A stretch of 64,000 bases of DNA, from NCBI GenBank assembly GCA_038087875.1, contig CM075993.1, positions 5,892,001 through 5,956,000 of the forward strand, written 5' to 3'. Position 1 is the stretch's first letter. Each line of letters opens with the position of its first letter. Below, piece after piece: positions 39,762 through 52,126 of the stretch. The notes below the pieces were generated by a model that made no database searches, was not told the origin of the DNA, and was given only the letters and a program-made list of their open reading frames with translations. The translations under genes were made by a program, and so were the position numbers. Origin of the DNA: Malacoraja senta. Its lineage: Eukaryota.

Positions 39762-40126
39762 AGGTGACGTTTCGGGTCGAGACCCTTCTTCAGTCTGAGA
39801 GTCAGGGGAATTATAAACAGGTTGGCCGCTTAGTTTAAAGATACCCCTGCCTGGGGAAAGAACAGCTCCCCCCGAAGAGTTTTGTAAAATCCAATGAGGG
39901 ATTACAGAGATAAGGAGGAAGGAGGACTATGGGATCCTATGTAAAATGGCGCTGAGGTAAAAGATTGGCCTCAGTCAGGGGTTCTGGGGAGAAGGCAGGA
40001 GAATGGGGTTGAGAGGGAAAGATAGATCAGCCATGAATGAATGGCAGAGTAGACTGGATGGGCTGAATGGTCTAATTCTGCTCCTAGAACATAAACATTT
40101 GAATGATAACGCAGGACCTGAAGGGC

Positions 40127-40632
40127 TGGGGTTGCCAACTTTCTCACTCCCAAATAAGGGACAAAAGGTGGCGTGTCCAGGGACAGTTTGGCAACCCTAC
40201 ATACAACTGATGCGCATAAGGGATGAGTGGATGACAGGTGAATCGCTAGCGAATGGCATCACAGCACATGCAACACGCACGCACGCACGCACGCACGCTG
40301 TTGTATCAGATCTAGGATCTGTCTGTAAGCGTGCCCTCTGGTGATTACAGAGTACAGTAGTAGCCAAATATATATAGGATCTTTGGTAGTAGCAGTCAAA
40401 ATACTGGACAAGGGCGGTCCCGTACGGGACCAACAATTTAACCGGGGTGGGAGATTGCAACCTTCACGTTGTCCGCCCTGTTTCGACGAATGCAATCAAC
40501 CTGGGCGTGCACAAACAAATAAGAACAAATAGAACAAGTTGTCTTACAACTTTAGGCTGTGCAGCCATAGGCAAGAAGAAGAACCCAATATATGGGATTT
40601 CCCAGCTAATACGGGACAGTTTGGCAACCCAA
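40127..40632. mobile_element. hAT-like non-autonomous element
   Basis: TIR GGGTTGCCAA / TTGGCAACCC; 8-bp TSD TGAAGGGC at 40119-40126 and 40633-40640. Confidence 0.82.
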
Positions 40633-40964
40633 TGAAGGGCCAAATGTCCTACTGAAATTTAGCGTTTTTATATTTGGCCCAGGAAGACCAAGACATTTCT
40701 GTTTCTCCAGATCTTCAGCCTCCTGGTTTTTAATCGCTCCACACATTGGCAGATCGCCTTCAGCTGCCCTGGGCCTCTGTCCTCACATCCTCACCCACTG
40801 AAACCTCACCCCAGTCTCTCCACAGACGCTGCTGATCCCATCCACATTTCCATGACCGATATTTTTTTTTAATGCATTTCTGATCAAACCTGCTGTAATG
40901 CAGAACGCAGAACAATACAGCCCAGGAACAGGCCCTTCGGCCCACAAGGTCTGTGCCAAACACT

Positions 40965-41400
40965 TTCTTCTTCTTTTAGGCCCCCTTCGGTCATGGCTGA
41001 CCATGGGTGTCTCCAGGGTTCTATTCCCTATATGGAGGACGCCTGTGCGTGACTTTGTTTACCGTGGGGAGACTGGTGCACAGACAGCCACCCCACGGTT
41101 CTTGACAGATCTGGGTCAGGATCCAGTGGCATGGAGTCCAAGACGACCGGAGACCCTTTTCTGCTGCAGCCTTCATCCGCCTTCCAGCCGTTGTGACGCC
41201 CCACTAAGGTCAGCCATCGTCCTCCGCCTGTTCCACCCTTGAGGTCTTGGTTGGATTGGCTCTTTGTCAGGGACCTCCCCCTCGACCGTACCGCCATGGG
41301 TGACCCTACCAGGAGCATAGCTCCAGACGACATCGCTCTCAAGGGATCTCAGGACCACACGAGCTTCTCCACCACGACAAGGTGACAATCCACGCCAAAC
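40965..41400. mobile_element. Probable RTE-clade (Expander/Rex3-like) non-autonomous fragment
   Basis: (ttc)n end and ccatgggtgaccctaccaggagcatagctcc..ccaccacgacaagg motif recalled from RTE 5' regions; recognition only. Confidence 0.4.
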
Positions 41401-42344
41401 ACCATGCCAGGATAAACTCGACATGATTCACATCCCTCCATTCCCAGTATCCATGTTCCCATCTAAAAGCCTCTTCTGTGCCCGTATATCTGTCTGCACC
41501 AGCACTCCTGGCAGTGCTTTCTAACCACCCACCACACTGTGTAAAATATACTTGCCCCCTCCACATCTCCATTAAAATCTACCCCTTTCGCAGGTGGTTG
41601 TCACTAGTAGTTTGCTGTTGAATCACATCTGATTTATGTCCCTGAAGCAGTGTAGAAATGCCCCTGGGGGAGTTTTACCTCTTTGATGCAATTTTTTTTC
41701 CGTATCGTATCTCTGCCTCGACCGCCCCCGATCGCAGGAGCTTCAACCGCCCCGACTGCGGACGGTTCGACTGCCCGGACCGCGGGAGAAAAGGAGGAAG
41801 AAGATAAGACTTTATTGCCTTCCATCACAGTGGGGAATGTGGTGGAGCCACTGTGGTGGAAGTTTATGTTAAATTTCATGTAATTGTGCATCTTGTTGCT
41901 AGTTTTGGTATGACTGTGTGGCAAATCAAATTCTTTATATGTTGCAAAACATACTTGGCTAATAAAATTACAAATATGACTAAAGATTGTGTTTCAATAG
42001 ACCCGGAGGTGGAGGGGGAACTAAAATAGACCGTAACACTGGCAGAGTGTTTCCGACATGCGCAGGCATGGTCTACACGCACACGCGAGCTCACAACATA
42101 CACACACAAACACGCACACACAAGCACAAACACGCACAGACGCAGTCCATGCTAGGGAGGACAGAAATGCTGGAGAAACTCAGCGGGTGAGGCAGCATCT
42201 ATGGAGCGAAGGAAATAGGGTTAGGGTTTCCTTTGCTCCATAGATGCTGCCTCACCCGCTGAGTTTCTCCAGCATTTTTGTCTACCTTCGATTTTCCAGC
42301 ATCTGCAGGTCCTTATTAAACAAAGTCCATGCTGGGGAATAGTT

Positions 42345-42583
42345 GACACAGACACACAGACAGACACACACAGACACACACAGACACACACAGACACACA
42401 CAGACACACACAGACACACACAGACACACACAGACACACACAGACACACACAGACACACACAGACACACACAGACACACAGACACACAGACACACAGACA
42501 CACAGACACACAGACACACAGACACACAGACACACAGGCACACAGGCACACAGGCACACAGGCACACAGACACACAGACACAC
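42345..42583. repeat. (CAGACACACA)n / (CAGACACA)n microsatellite
   Basis: Directly visible. Confidence 0.97.
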
Positions 42584-42763
42584 GGATAAGTTCACTAGCT
42601 GCACAAAAGGCCCATGGAATTGCAGATCAAAGCAGAAATCATGTCGGAGCAAACAGCACATTCCAACAGCATCCACTGAGAATAAACAGGATAACAATTT
42701 GAATGGTGGAGTGGTAATTTTCTACATCAGATTATTCACAATCAAAAGGATTCCAGTCCAAGT

Positions 42764-42769
42764 TTTATT
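42764..42769 (-). terminator. Probable STRC polyadenylation signal AATAAA
   Basis: tttatt on the + strand just downstream of the inferred stop codon. Confidence 0.55.
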
Positions 42770-42795
42770 CACTAATTGTACAAAAAAAAAAAAAA

Positions 42796-42929
42796 TCAGG
42801 ATCCAAATCGAATGCAAGCCCATTCCAGCTGACACCCACTCCAACGTTCCCCAAGAAAGCAGGCGACCGAGAGGCACAGGCTGAGGGCAGCAAGGTTGAA
42901 CGAGGCTGATAAGGGAGATGTATTCTTGC
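42796..42929 (-). CDS. STRC: Stereocilin probable terminal coding exon
   Basis: tttacag|(G)KNTSPLSASFNLAALSLCLSVACFLGERWSGCQLEWACIRFGS*; phase-1 compatible; hydrophobic stretch ending FLG; AATAAA about 30 nt after the stop. Confidence 0.72.
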
Positions 42930-43379
42930 CTGTAAATTTAAAGAGAAGTTGTACTTAGTAGACATTCAACGGTTATTCGCCTGCAGTTATAGGTGGAGCT
43001 GTGGTAGATTTGCTGCCTCACAGCGCCAGAGACCCGGGTTCGATCCTGACTACGGGTGCTGTCTGTACGGAGTTTGTACGTTCTCCCCGTGACCACGTGG
43101 GTTTTCTCCGGGATCTCAGGTTTCCTCCCACACTCCAAAGATGTACAGGTTTACAGGTTAATTGGCTTGGTGGAAATGTAAATTGTCCCTTGTGTGTGCA
43201 GGATAGTGTTAGTGGTCGGTGTGGACTCGGTGGGCCGAAGGGAATGTATCTCGGAACTAAAACTAAACTAGAGCGACTGTATCAGCAACAAACAGCTGGC
43301 GGACCTCAGCAGATCAGGCAGCATGGGTGAAGGGAAATGGACAGATTAATTTCTTAGCAATAGACTTGATGGGCGGGAA

Positions 43380-43565
43380 GAAGAAAGGAAGAGGAGGAGC
43401 CAGAGGGCTGAGGGGGAGTTGGGAAGGGGAGGAGACAGTAAGGGCTACCGGAAATTGGAGAAGTCAATGTTTATGCCGCTAGGGTGCAGACTGCCCAAGC
43501 GGAATATGAGGTGCTGCTCCTCCAATTTCCGGTGGGACTCACTCTGGCAATGGAGGAGGCCCAGG
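43380..43565 (-). mobile_element. Penelope-like element GIY-YIG C-terminal fragment (others at ~20520-20800(+), 28920-29270(-))
   Basis: LGLLHCQSESHRKLEEQHLIFRLGSLHPSGINIDFSNFR* matches the R..LE...I..L..L.P.G.N end of PLE endonucleases. Confidence 0.82.
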
Positions 43566-44170
43566 TGGAGTGCCATCTGTGGAACATTGTAGGCTGCTTT
43601 AAGGAGACCCTTGTGTATAAATTGTGTATCGGGGAAGTGAGGCTGGTGAGCGGTGAGATTCTGACCATCACCCGGCCCACTCTGGACAATAGGAATCTCC
43701 CACTAAAGGAAAGAATGCATAGGGACTCTGGCCGACCAGAGTCAGCGTGTGGCTGAGCCCTTGTTGGCGGTGACTGTGGTGGCCAGTGCAGACACCGGCC
43801 AGGGTTGGCCAAGATGGCCCGTTGTCATAAGATCACAAGTGATAATAGAATTAGGCCATTCAGCCCATCAAGTCTATTCTGCCATTCAATCTACAGGCTG
43901 ATCTATCTCTCCCTCCTAACCTCATTCTCCTGCCTTCTCCCCATAAACCCTAACACCCATACTAATCAAGTATCTGCCAATCTCTGCCTTAAAAATATTT
44001 CACTGACTTGGTCCCCACAGCCGTCTGTGGCAAAGAATTCCACAGATTCACCACCCTCTGACTCAAGAAATTTCTCCTTAACTCCTTCCGAAAAGAACAT
44101 CCTTTAATTCTGGGGCTGTGTCCTCTAGCCCTGGACTCTCCCATTCTCCATCGTTGGCGCACACACGTAC

Positions 44171-44318
44171 CCCTGGGCTCCTGGTGCAGCTCGCCGTCGT
44201 ACTGAGCGGTGGTGAGAGCGGCCCTCTGCTCCGGGCTCAGCCTCCTGTATTGTCCGCTGGTCACAGCCGAGGCCTGGGCTCCGGTGAAGGAGGACAGCTG
44301 ATCGGCGCTGAACACCAC
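44171..44318 (-). CDS. STRC: Stereocilin penultimate coding exon
   Basis: ggcag|VVFSADQLSSFTGAQASAVTSGQYRRLSPEQRAALTTAQYDGELHQEPR G|gtacgt; 148 bp. Confidence 0.94.
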
Positions 44319-44607
44319 CTGCCGTGAGAGCGGAGGGGGGTGGGGGGGTATTAGACACCACGTTCGCCCAGCGCACCGGACGCCGATGGGGTTACCCCGG
44401 CAACAGGCTTGGCTCGCCCACCCGCCCGCTGCGGAACTGGGGAAACCCCCCCGGGGGACCCCCAACCGGAGTGGGAATCTCATCTCCCCCTGATGACCGG
44501 GAACCGGAGAGGAGGGTGGGGGGGGAGTCGGCGACGGCGGTAACAACGGTAACCGGTAAAGAGAACCAGGGGCCTTGCACGAAGATAGGCACAAAAAGCT
44601 GGAGTAA

Positions 44608-44894
44608 AGGGCCTGTCCCACTTACGGGACCTTTACAGGTGACCGCCGGCACCCGGCGACCAGAAAGACGCCAGGACTCTTTGGAGACCTCTCAAGACCA
44701 TAGGAGACCTCTCACGACCACGGTTGTGAGAGGTCTCCTATGGTCGTGAGAGGTCTCCTATGGCCGTGAGAGGTCTCCAAAGAGTCGTGGCGTCTTTCTG
44801 GTCGTCGCTGAATTTTCAACATGTTGAAAATTTCGCCGACTTATCACGGGTGCCTGCAGTCGCCTGTGAAGGTCGCGAAAGTGGGACAGGCCCT
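44608..44894. mobile_element. PIF/Harbinger-like MITE
   Basis: TIR AGGGCCTGTCCCACT / AGTGGGACAGGCCCT; TAA duplicated on both sides; interrupts the host repeat motif ggagTAActc. Confidence 0.88.
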
Positions 44895-46334
44895 TAACTC
44901 GGCGGGTCAGGGCAGCATCTCTGGGTCTTGCCTTCCGCGCCCGTCAAGGTTGGCCGCGGGAGGCAAACCGCCGTCGCGAAGGCTGATGGTGGCTGGGCGA
45001 GGGCGAGGAGAGGAACGACGGCTCATGGGACAGAGGCGACGGCTGCAAAGGGTCTTTAAGGCCAATTGTAGCTGGGATCTTTGAAAATGGCGCCATGACC
45101 TGGCGACTCTTGCATATTAGGGGCATATCAGTGGGCTGTTTCTACGCATCATTGACTCAACCGCGAATTGCCCTTTTGTGCGGCAATAATCTTACTGATC
45201 TGTACGCAAAAAAGGAACTTCACTGCACCTTGGTACACGTGATAATAAAAAGCATCCAACCATTGTCGAGACCCTCACCCCCGCCGCCGAGTTTATTTTG
45301 GACAAAAGACAATAGGTGCAGGAGTAGGCCATTCGGCCCTTCGAGCCAGCACCGCCATTCAATGTGATCATGGTTGATCATCCCCAATCAGTACCCCGTT
45401 CCTGCCTTCTCCCCGTATCCCCTGACTCCGCTATCTTTAAGAGCCCTATCTAGCTCCCTCTTGAAAGTATCCAGCGAACCTGCCTCCACCGCCCTCTGAG
45501 GCAGAGAATTCCACAGACTCACCACTCTCTGTGAGAAAAAGTGTTTCCTCGTCTCCGTTCTAAATGGCTTACCCCTTATTCTTAAACTGTGGCTCTTGGT
45601 CTGGACTCCCCCAACATCAGGAACATGTTTCCTGCCTCTAGCGTGTCCAAACCTTTAACAATCTTATATGTTTCAATAAAACGTAGTTGCGTAGTCAGTG
45701 GGATCTTGCTGTGCTGAAGGGTCAGTGCGTTTCGCGGTGCCCAGGAGTGAAAAAGACTACAAAAAGTAGTAAACACTGCCCAGTCCATCGTCGGCTCTGA
45801 CCTCCCTCCATCGAGGGGATCTATCGCAGTCGCTGCCTCAAAAAGGCTGGCAGTATCATCAAGGACCCACACCATCCTGGCCACACACTCATCTCCCCGC
45901 TACCTTCAGGAAGAAGGTACAGGAGCCTGAAGACTGCAACGTCCAGGTTCAGGAATAGCTGCTTCCCCACAGCCATCAGGCTATTGAACTCAACTCAAAC
46001 AAAACTCTGAACATTAATAGCCCATTATCTGTTTATTTGCGCTTTATCTGCTTATTTATCGATGTGTGTATATATTTATACAATGGTGTATGGACACACT
46101 GATCTGTTCTGTATTCATGCCGTCTATGTTCTGTTGTGCTGAAGCAAAGCAAGAAAGTCATTGTCCTATCTGGGACACATGACAATAAACTCTCTTGAAT
46201 CGTGAATCTTGATTCTGACAGCATGGAGACCACATTGGCCGTGGAACACCTACACTTTACCAAGCCTCCCGCCTTAATTTCTTAAGCTATTGTTACTTCC
46301 ACCGAGGACGTCAGTTTACCAGTCGGGAACTCAC

Positions 46335-46432
46335 CGCGAACTTGCTGGGCGGGATGAGGGAGATGGCGGAAGGGGTCAGCCCTTCGATCTGTTCATCCAC
46401 CAGCGACGACAGTGCCATGTCAGACAAGCCAG
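46335..46432 (-). CDS. STRC: Stereocilin coding exon
   Basis: ggcag|(A)[32 protein letters not shown]|gtgagt; 98 bp. Confidence 0.95.
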
Positions 46433-46836
46433 CTGCCGGGGGGGGGGGGGGGGAAAGAGTCAGTCCAGCATGCCATGAAACCCAACAAACACTCCCTCAA
46501 AGCACATCCAAGATCCACCACCACACCAAGCCCTGTACAGCCCAGACTGGTCACCCATCCGTTCAGTTACTGCTCCCGGGTGCTCATTGTGTACACGCCA
46601 ACCTCCCCAGAGCAGTCAAAATATGTAGGAAGGAACTGCAGATGGTTCATCGCGACCCAAAACGTCACCAATTCCTTCTCTCCAGAGATGCTGCCTGTCC
46701 CGCTGAGTTACTCCAGCATTTTGTGTCTATCTTTGGTTTAAACCAGTGTCTGCAGTTCCTTCCTACAACACCACACTCCTGGGGTACAGGTTGGTTCACT
46801 TTAGTTTAGAGATGCAGCATGGAAACAGTCTCCTAA

Positions 46837-47523
46837 AGGGGCTGTCCCACTGCGGCGACCTAATTGGCGAGTTTAGAAGAGTTTGCCCTCGACTCATACT
46901 CGGAGCATGGTCGACACGAGGTCCTAGGAGGTCTTGGTAACTCTCCTTCATGCTCGAGAGCGGCCCCCGCGTACTCGAGGCCTCAGCTAGGTCGCGGCGT
47001 ATTTTTCAACATGCTGAAAATGCCCGCGAGTAAAAAAAGGTCGCCATGGAAATAAAATCGCTATTTTTTTACTCGTGGGTTTAGTCGAAGTAGGTCGTAA
47101 TGCTATCGTAGGTGATCGAAAGCAATCAAAGGCAATCGAAGGTAAAGCTCGTTGAGAAAAAAAAAGGGAAGTAAATCAACCGGTAATGTTAAATGCCCGC
47201 TAAACTTTATTAAACCTTGTCTGGCTTCTTAAAAGTGTCTCCACTCCTTCTTCCCCCACTTCTCCCCCTTCTCTCATCCCCCACCCCCCTCTCCGCACTC
47301 ACTAAAGGACTTACCATAACTGTGCCAGTGTCTTTTTCCTTCCTGTTCATCGTGGGTGTGAATTTCAGACAGCGCTCCCCCGCTTTCCCTGGCCCCCGCC
47401 TTTGCGATGTGTTTGCAGACGGTCGATCCGGCTCGTGGTTTCATCGCTGACTGTCAGGCGAGTGCCCTCGAGCTTGAAGGTCGAAGACAGTCGCTGAAAA
47501 GTCGCGTTAGTGGGACAGGCCCT
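46837..47523. mobile_element. PIF/Harbinger-like non-autonomous element
   Basis: TIR AGGGGCTGTCCCACT / AGTGGGACAGGCCCT; TAA/TTA flanks; splits a V-SINE tail. Confidence 0.82.
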
Positions 47524-47917
47524 TTAGGCCCACCGTCCACGCCGGCCATTCATCACCCGTTCACAGTAGTTCTATGTCATCCCACTTTCTCATCCACTCC
47601 CTACACACTAGGGGGGCAATTTACAGAGGGCCAATTAACCAGCAAAATCCGCACGTCTTTGGGATGTGGGAGGAAACCGGAACACTCAGAGGAACTCCAA
47701 ACGGAGAAGGTGCAAATTGTACACAGATGGAACCCGGGTCTCTGGCGCTGTGAGGCAGCAGCTCTACCAGCTGCTCAGGATAAATCTCTCCCGCATCATC
47801 CCATCACGTGAACACTATCAGGTGGTGCAAAGCTTTGAGCATTCCCCAGGGAGTGAGATCAAGATGCCACACACTGGCCAGTGGGCCCTGTAATCCCTCT
47901 CCTGTCAGTCCTTGTAC

Positions 47918-48066
47918 CTGCAACAGAGCCAATTTCAGTGAAGATTTCAGCCCCCCACGTATTAACGGGCCCAAAGGCCTGCGGGCGAATGGTCAGCTTG
48001 GCCAGGGCTTCGAGCTGGCTTTCAGAACATCGCAGCCCCAAGTTGCCTATGAACAGCACGGCTTTA
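47918..48066 (-). CDS. STRC: Stereocilin coding exon
   Basis: (ct)n-tag|[49 protein letters not shown]|gtacaa; WG.EIFTEIG signature; 149 bp. Confidence 0.95.
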
Positions 48067-48067
48067 C

Positions 48068-48106
<39 letters not shown>

Positions 48107-48232
48107 TGTGTTAGACAGCCCAGTGGGAAGACTCAGGGTACAGCTCAGTCATACTCAAAGGCGTTGCTGATAACTGGTTCAAACTTGGTCCAAATTTGGT
48201 GAACAGGGCTTGAAAAGCAGGACAGCTTCACT

Positions 48233-48979
48233 CAGGGGCGGAAATCGCTTTCAAAACATGGGGGGACACAATTCCTTGGTGGCCTCACGCACGAGCGCGC
48301 GCAAGGCTTCGGCCGTGGGCCCTGTGGACGATAACATCGGGAGCTGACCTGGTTGGTGATGACTGACTCCGAACTCCAGCAACAGCAGCTCCGTCTGCCC
48401 TGAATCGTGGGGCTTCAATCGGCCCGTTCGCGGGGCCTTTCATCGCCCGGCGCGGCTTAAAACCGTCCGCGGGATCTTCCATCGCCCGGCGGGGGCTTCA
48501 ACATCGGGTGCCTCGATCGCCTCGACGCAGCAATTTGACCATGGGGCGATGTTAGATCCCGCGGCCGAGCCGGGCGATGAAAGGCCCCGCGTACAGGCCA
48601 ATTCAAGCTCTGCTCTATGATCTTTGCTCCACCAGGACGTCTCCCTCCTCCAATCACCGCGCTCGATCCTCAGTCCCACCCCCTTACCTCCGCCTCTGAC
48701 CGACACCTCCCTCCTCCAATCATCGCGCTGAATCATCATGTCCCGCCCCCCCCACCCCCACCCACTGCCTGCTGACTGACGTCTCTCTCGTCCAATCGGC
48801 GCCCTCGATCATCAGTCCCACCCCCACTGTCCCGCGGAAAGCGGAGATTTTTAATAGATTTTTTTTTCCACCGAATTTCAAAATCCGGATTACAAAACAT
48901 GGGGGGGATTGTAACCCACCTCTCAAAAGAGGGAGGGGGGGCATGTCCCCCCTGTCCCCCCACTGGATTTCCACCCATG
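48233..48979. mobile_element. hAT-like non-autonomous element
   Basis: TIR CAGGGGCGGAAATC / GATTTCCACCCATG; degenerate 8-bp flanks gcttcact / ccttcatt; internal ~60-bp tandem repeats at ~48635-48830. Confidence 0.6.
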
Positions 48980-49179
48980 CCTTCATTCTCACATAGTTTG
49001 GTTTGACAACAGCTTTGCCAAAGACTACAAGGAATTGTAGAGAGTGATTGTGCAGGGGGGGGGGGGGGGGGTCAGAAAGATTTCCTTTGTTACCTGAATT
49101 CAGCTTTGCCCAAGACTACAAGGAATTGTAGAGAGTGATTGTGCAGGGGGGTGGGGGTCAGAAAAATTTCCTTTGTTAC

Positions 49180-49304
49180 CTGAATTCTTCGGGATGGATC
49201 CTTTCCATCTCCAAGACGGACATTCCACAGATGTGGTGTCCCAGGGCTACCAGCGTGGTGACGTCGAGTTGTGTTCCTTGCCATCTGCTAAACACTGCTT
49301 TTCT
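49180..49304 (-). CDS. STRC: Stereocilin coding exon
   Basis: ttgcag|RKAVFSRWQGTQLDVTTLVALGHHICGMSVLEMERIHPEEF(S)|gtaaca; 125 bp. Confidence 0.9.
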
Positions 49305-49387
49305 CTGCAAGACACGTTAAGAAGCAATTCACAAACAGAGGGCAGGGGTTTTGTCAAAATTAAAAGGTTTCACCCCGACGTAGATCC

Positions 49388-49800
49388 CCCATTGTCAGTG
49401 AGGCCCAGCGCAAAGTGGATGAACAACACCTCATATTTCGCTTGGGCAGCTCCCACCCCAGCGGTATGAATATTGTTTCTCTAACTACAAATAACTCTTG
49501 CTTTCCCTCTCTCCATCCCTCCCCCCTTCCCAGTTCTTCGACCAGTCTGACTGTCCTCGTTTACATTTTATCTGTTTGCTTTGTTGTCACCTTCACCAAA
49601 CTAACAATGATCTATTCTACATTTTCCTTGATCCCCGTCCCCTTTGTCTCATTTTCACACCTTACACTTCCTTATCTCTGTATTTCCGTCTCCCCTGACT
49701 CAGTCTGAAGAAGGGTCTCGACCCGAAACGTGCCCCATTCCTTCTATCCAGAGATTCTGCCTGTCCCGCTGAGTTACTCCAGCATTTTGTGTCTGTCTTC
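49388..49800 (+). mobile_element. Penelope-like retroelement 3' fragment: GIY-YIG endonuclease C-terminus, 3' UTR and hammerhead-like terminus
   Basis: QRKVDEQHLIFRLGSSHPSGMNI, then a pyrimidine-rich UTR, then CTGAAGAAGGGTCTCGACCCGAAACGT at 49705. Confidence 0.8.
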
Positions 49801-49920
49801 AAATTATGTCCACTGTATGTGACTGATACAATAAACCCTTTCCTTTTCGTCTGACCCAAAACATCACTTGCCCATTTCCTCCAGAGATGCTGCATGACCC
49901 GCTGAGTTACTCCAGCAATT

Positions 49921-50552
49921 TAAGTAAGTAAGTAAGTAAGTTTATTGGCCAAGTATTCACATACAAGGAATTTGCCTTGGTGCTCCGCCCACAAGTAACA
50001 ACATGACATACAGTGACAGTTACGAATGATTCAGAAAACACTAAACATTAATAATAAAATAATAAAACATTAATGATAAAACACCATTGATCAAGCATGT
50101 GAACCAACAAAATACCAGATCAAAGGGAGGCTACAGATTTTTGGCTGTTGAGTAGAGCAACTACTCGTGGATAAAAACTGTTTTTATATCTGGCTGTGGC
50201 AGCTTTGACAGTCCGGAGTCGCCTTCCAGAGGGAAGTGATTCAAACAGTTTGTGGCCAGGGTGAGAGGGGTCAGAGATGATCTTGCCCGCTCGCTTCCTG
50301 GCCCTTGCAGTGTACAGTTCATCAATGGAGGGAAGGTTGCAGCCAATAACCTTCTCTGCTGATCGGACGATTCGCTGCAGCCTCCAGGTGTCGTGCTTGG
50401 TGGCTGAGCCAAACCAGACCATGATGGAGGAGAGGACAGACTCTACGATGGCCGTGTAGAATTGGACCATCATTGCCTGTGGCAGATTGTGCTTCCTCAG
50501 CTGCCGCAGGAAGTACATCCTCTGTTGTGCCTTTTTGACTGTGGAGTCGACT
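49921..50552 (-). mobile_element. Rex1/Babar-like LINE 3' end (related pieces at ~45740-46205(+), 53020-53397(-), 59200-59420(+))
   Basis: VKKAQQRMYFLRQLRK..FYTAIVESVL..VWFG..LQRIVRSAEKVIG..DPSHPGH.LF..LPSGRR..SFYP; tail (ttac)n. Confidence 0.82.
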
Positions 50553-51970
50553 GTGTGTCTATCTTTGATATAAACCAGCATCTGCCATTCCTTTCCATTC
50601 CATATTCCCTTTCGCTCCCATTGCTTCATGGCCTGGTTCGGTAACTCAAACACACGGCGATTACAGAGACTGGTAAACAGAGCAGTCCTGAACTACGATC
50701 TACCTCATTGGAGACCCTCAGGCTATCTTTGATTGGACTTATTGGCTTTATCTTCCACCTAAACGTTATTCCCTTATCATGTATCCGTACACTGTGGACG
50801 GCTCGATTGTAATCATGTATTGTCTTTCCGCTGACTGGTTAGCACGCAGCAAAAGCTTTTCACTGTACCTCGGTACACGTGGCAAAAACTAAACTAAATC
50901 AAGGTTCAAACAATTACTCAATGTTTGAATCCCGTCCAATGCTATTTCCTGAGTCACTGACAACAGAAAAGGATTTGTATCTAAACAGAAGCTTAATCAC
51001 TTCTTATGTCTCTAAGCATTTTAAATCTGATGAATTAACCTTGGTGCATCATTACTGTTGTGTGGAAAGCCACAAACAGTTGTTCTGCACACACTCAGGC
51101 CCCACAAGCGACCACTGAATGAATCTGCGTTTGATTTGCAATGGGTGGGAATGGTGCCAGAACCTGCAGCAACCACACTACTGCGACACAACACTGCTGC
51201 AATGCACCGATCGAGGCAAACCATTCACGTCCCCAAGTTATAGGAGTAGACTTAGGCCATTCGGCCCATCGAGTCTACTCCGCCATTCAATCAAGGCGGG
51301 ATCTCTGCCTCCTAATCCCATTTTCCTGCCTTTCTCCCCGTAACCCTTGACACCCGTTCTAGTCAAGAATCTGCCTATCTCTGCCTTAACAATATCCACT
51401 GACTTGGACTCCACAGCCCTCTGTGGTAATGAGTTCCACAGATTAACTACCCTCTGACAAAAGAAGTTCCTCCTCACCTTTCGAGTGGTTGCCTTACAGC
51501 GCCAGAGACCCGAGTTCGATCCTGACTGCAAAAGGCTTGTGCTGTTTTATGTTCCATTAATAAAAGTGCGGCATGGTGGCGCAGTGGTGGAGTTGCTGCC
51601 TTACATCGCCCAGAGGGCCGGGTTCAATTCTGACCTCGGGTGCTGTCTGTGTGGAGTTTGCACATACGTTTTCCTCGTGACCGCGTGGGTTTTCTCCAGG
51701 TGCTCTGGTTTCCTCTCACTCCAAAGACGAGCAGGTTTGTAGGTTAATTGGCTTCTGTAAAATTGGCTTCCCTAGTATGTAGGGGATGGATAAGAAAGTG
51801 GGATAACATGGAACCGATGTGAATGGGTGGTCGATGGTTCAGTTGCACTCGGTGGCCAAAGGGCCTGTTTCCATGCTGTATCTTTCAATCAATGGAGTGT
51901 GGGAGGGGGGTGTGTGTGGGGGGGGAAATAAAACCAGGAATACTCAGACGAGGAGAAAGCCATGCAGTAC

Positions 51971-52126
51971 CTGTTTGGCGCTCCATTCATCGATTTGCCC
52001 CAGGAAGGACAGAAGGGAGAGGTCGGATTGATCCAGGGACTGGAGATCTCTCTCGGTGAGCTGGGAGGCTGCCCTGCCCAACCGCAGGAGCTGCCAGCGC
52101 TTCATGGAGCTGACGGGGCCGTACAG
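51971..52126 (-). CDS. STRC: Stereocilin coding exon
   Basis: gccag|LYGPVSSMKRWQLLRLGRAASQLTERDLQSLDQSDLSLLSFLGQIDEWSAKQ|gtactg; 156 bp. Confidence 0.93.

Noticed and set aside
43668..43702. Alternative STRC last exon after tcctttag (VGDSYCPEWAG*)
   Set aside because: No hydrophobic tail or nearby polyA signal; the 42929 exon fits better.
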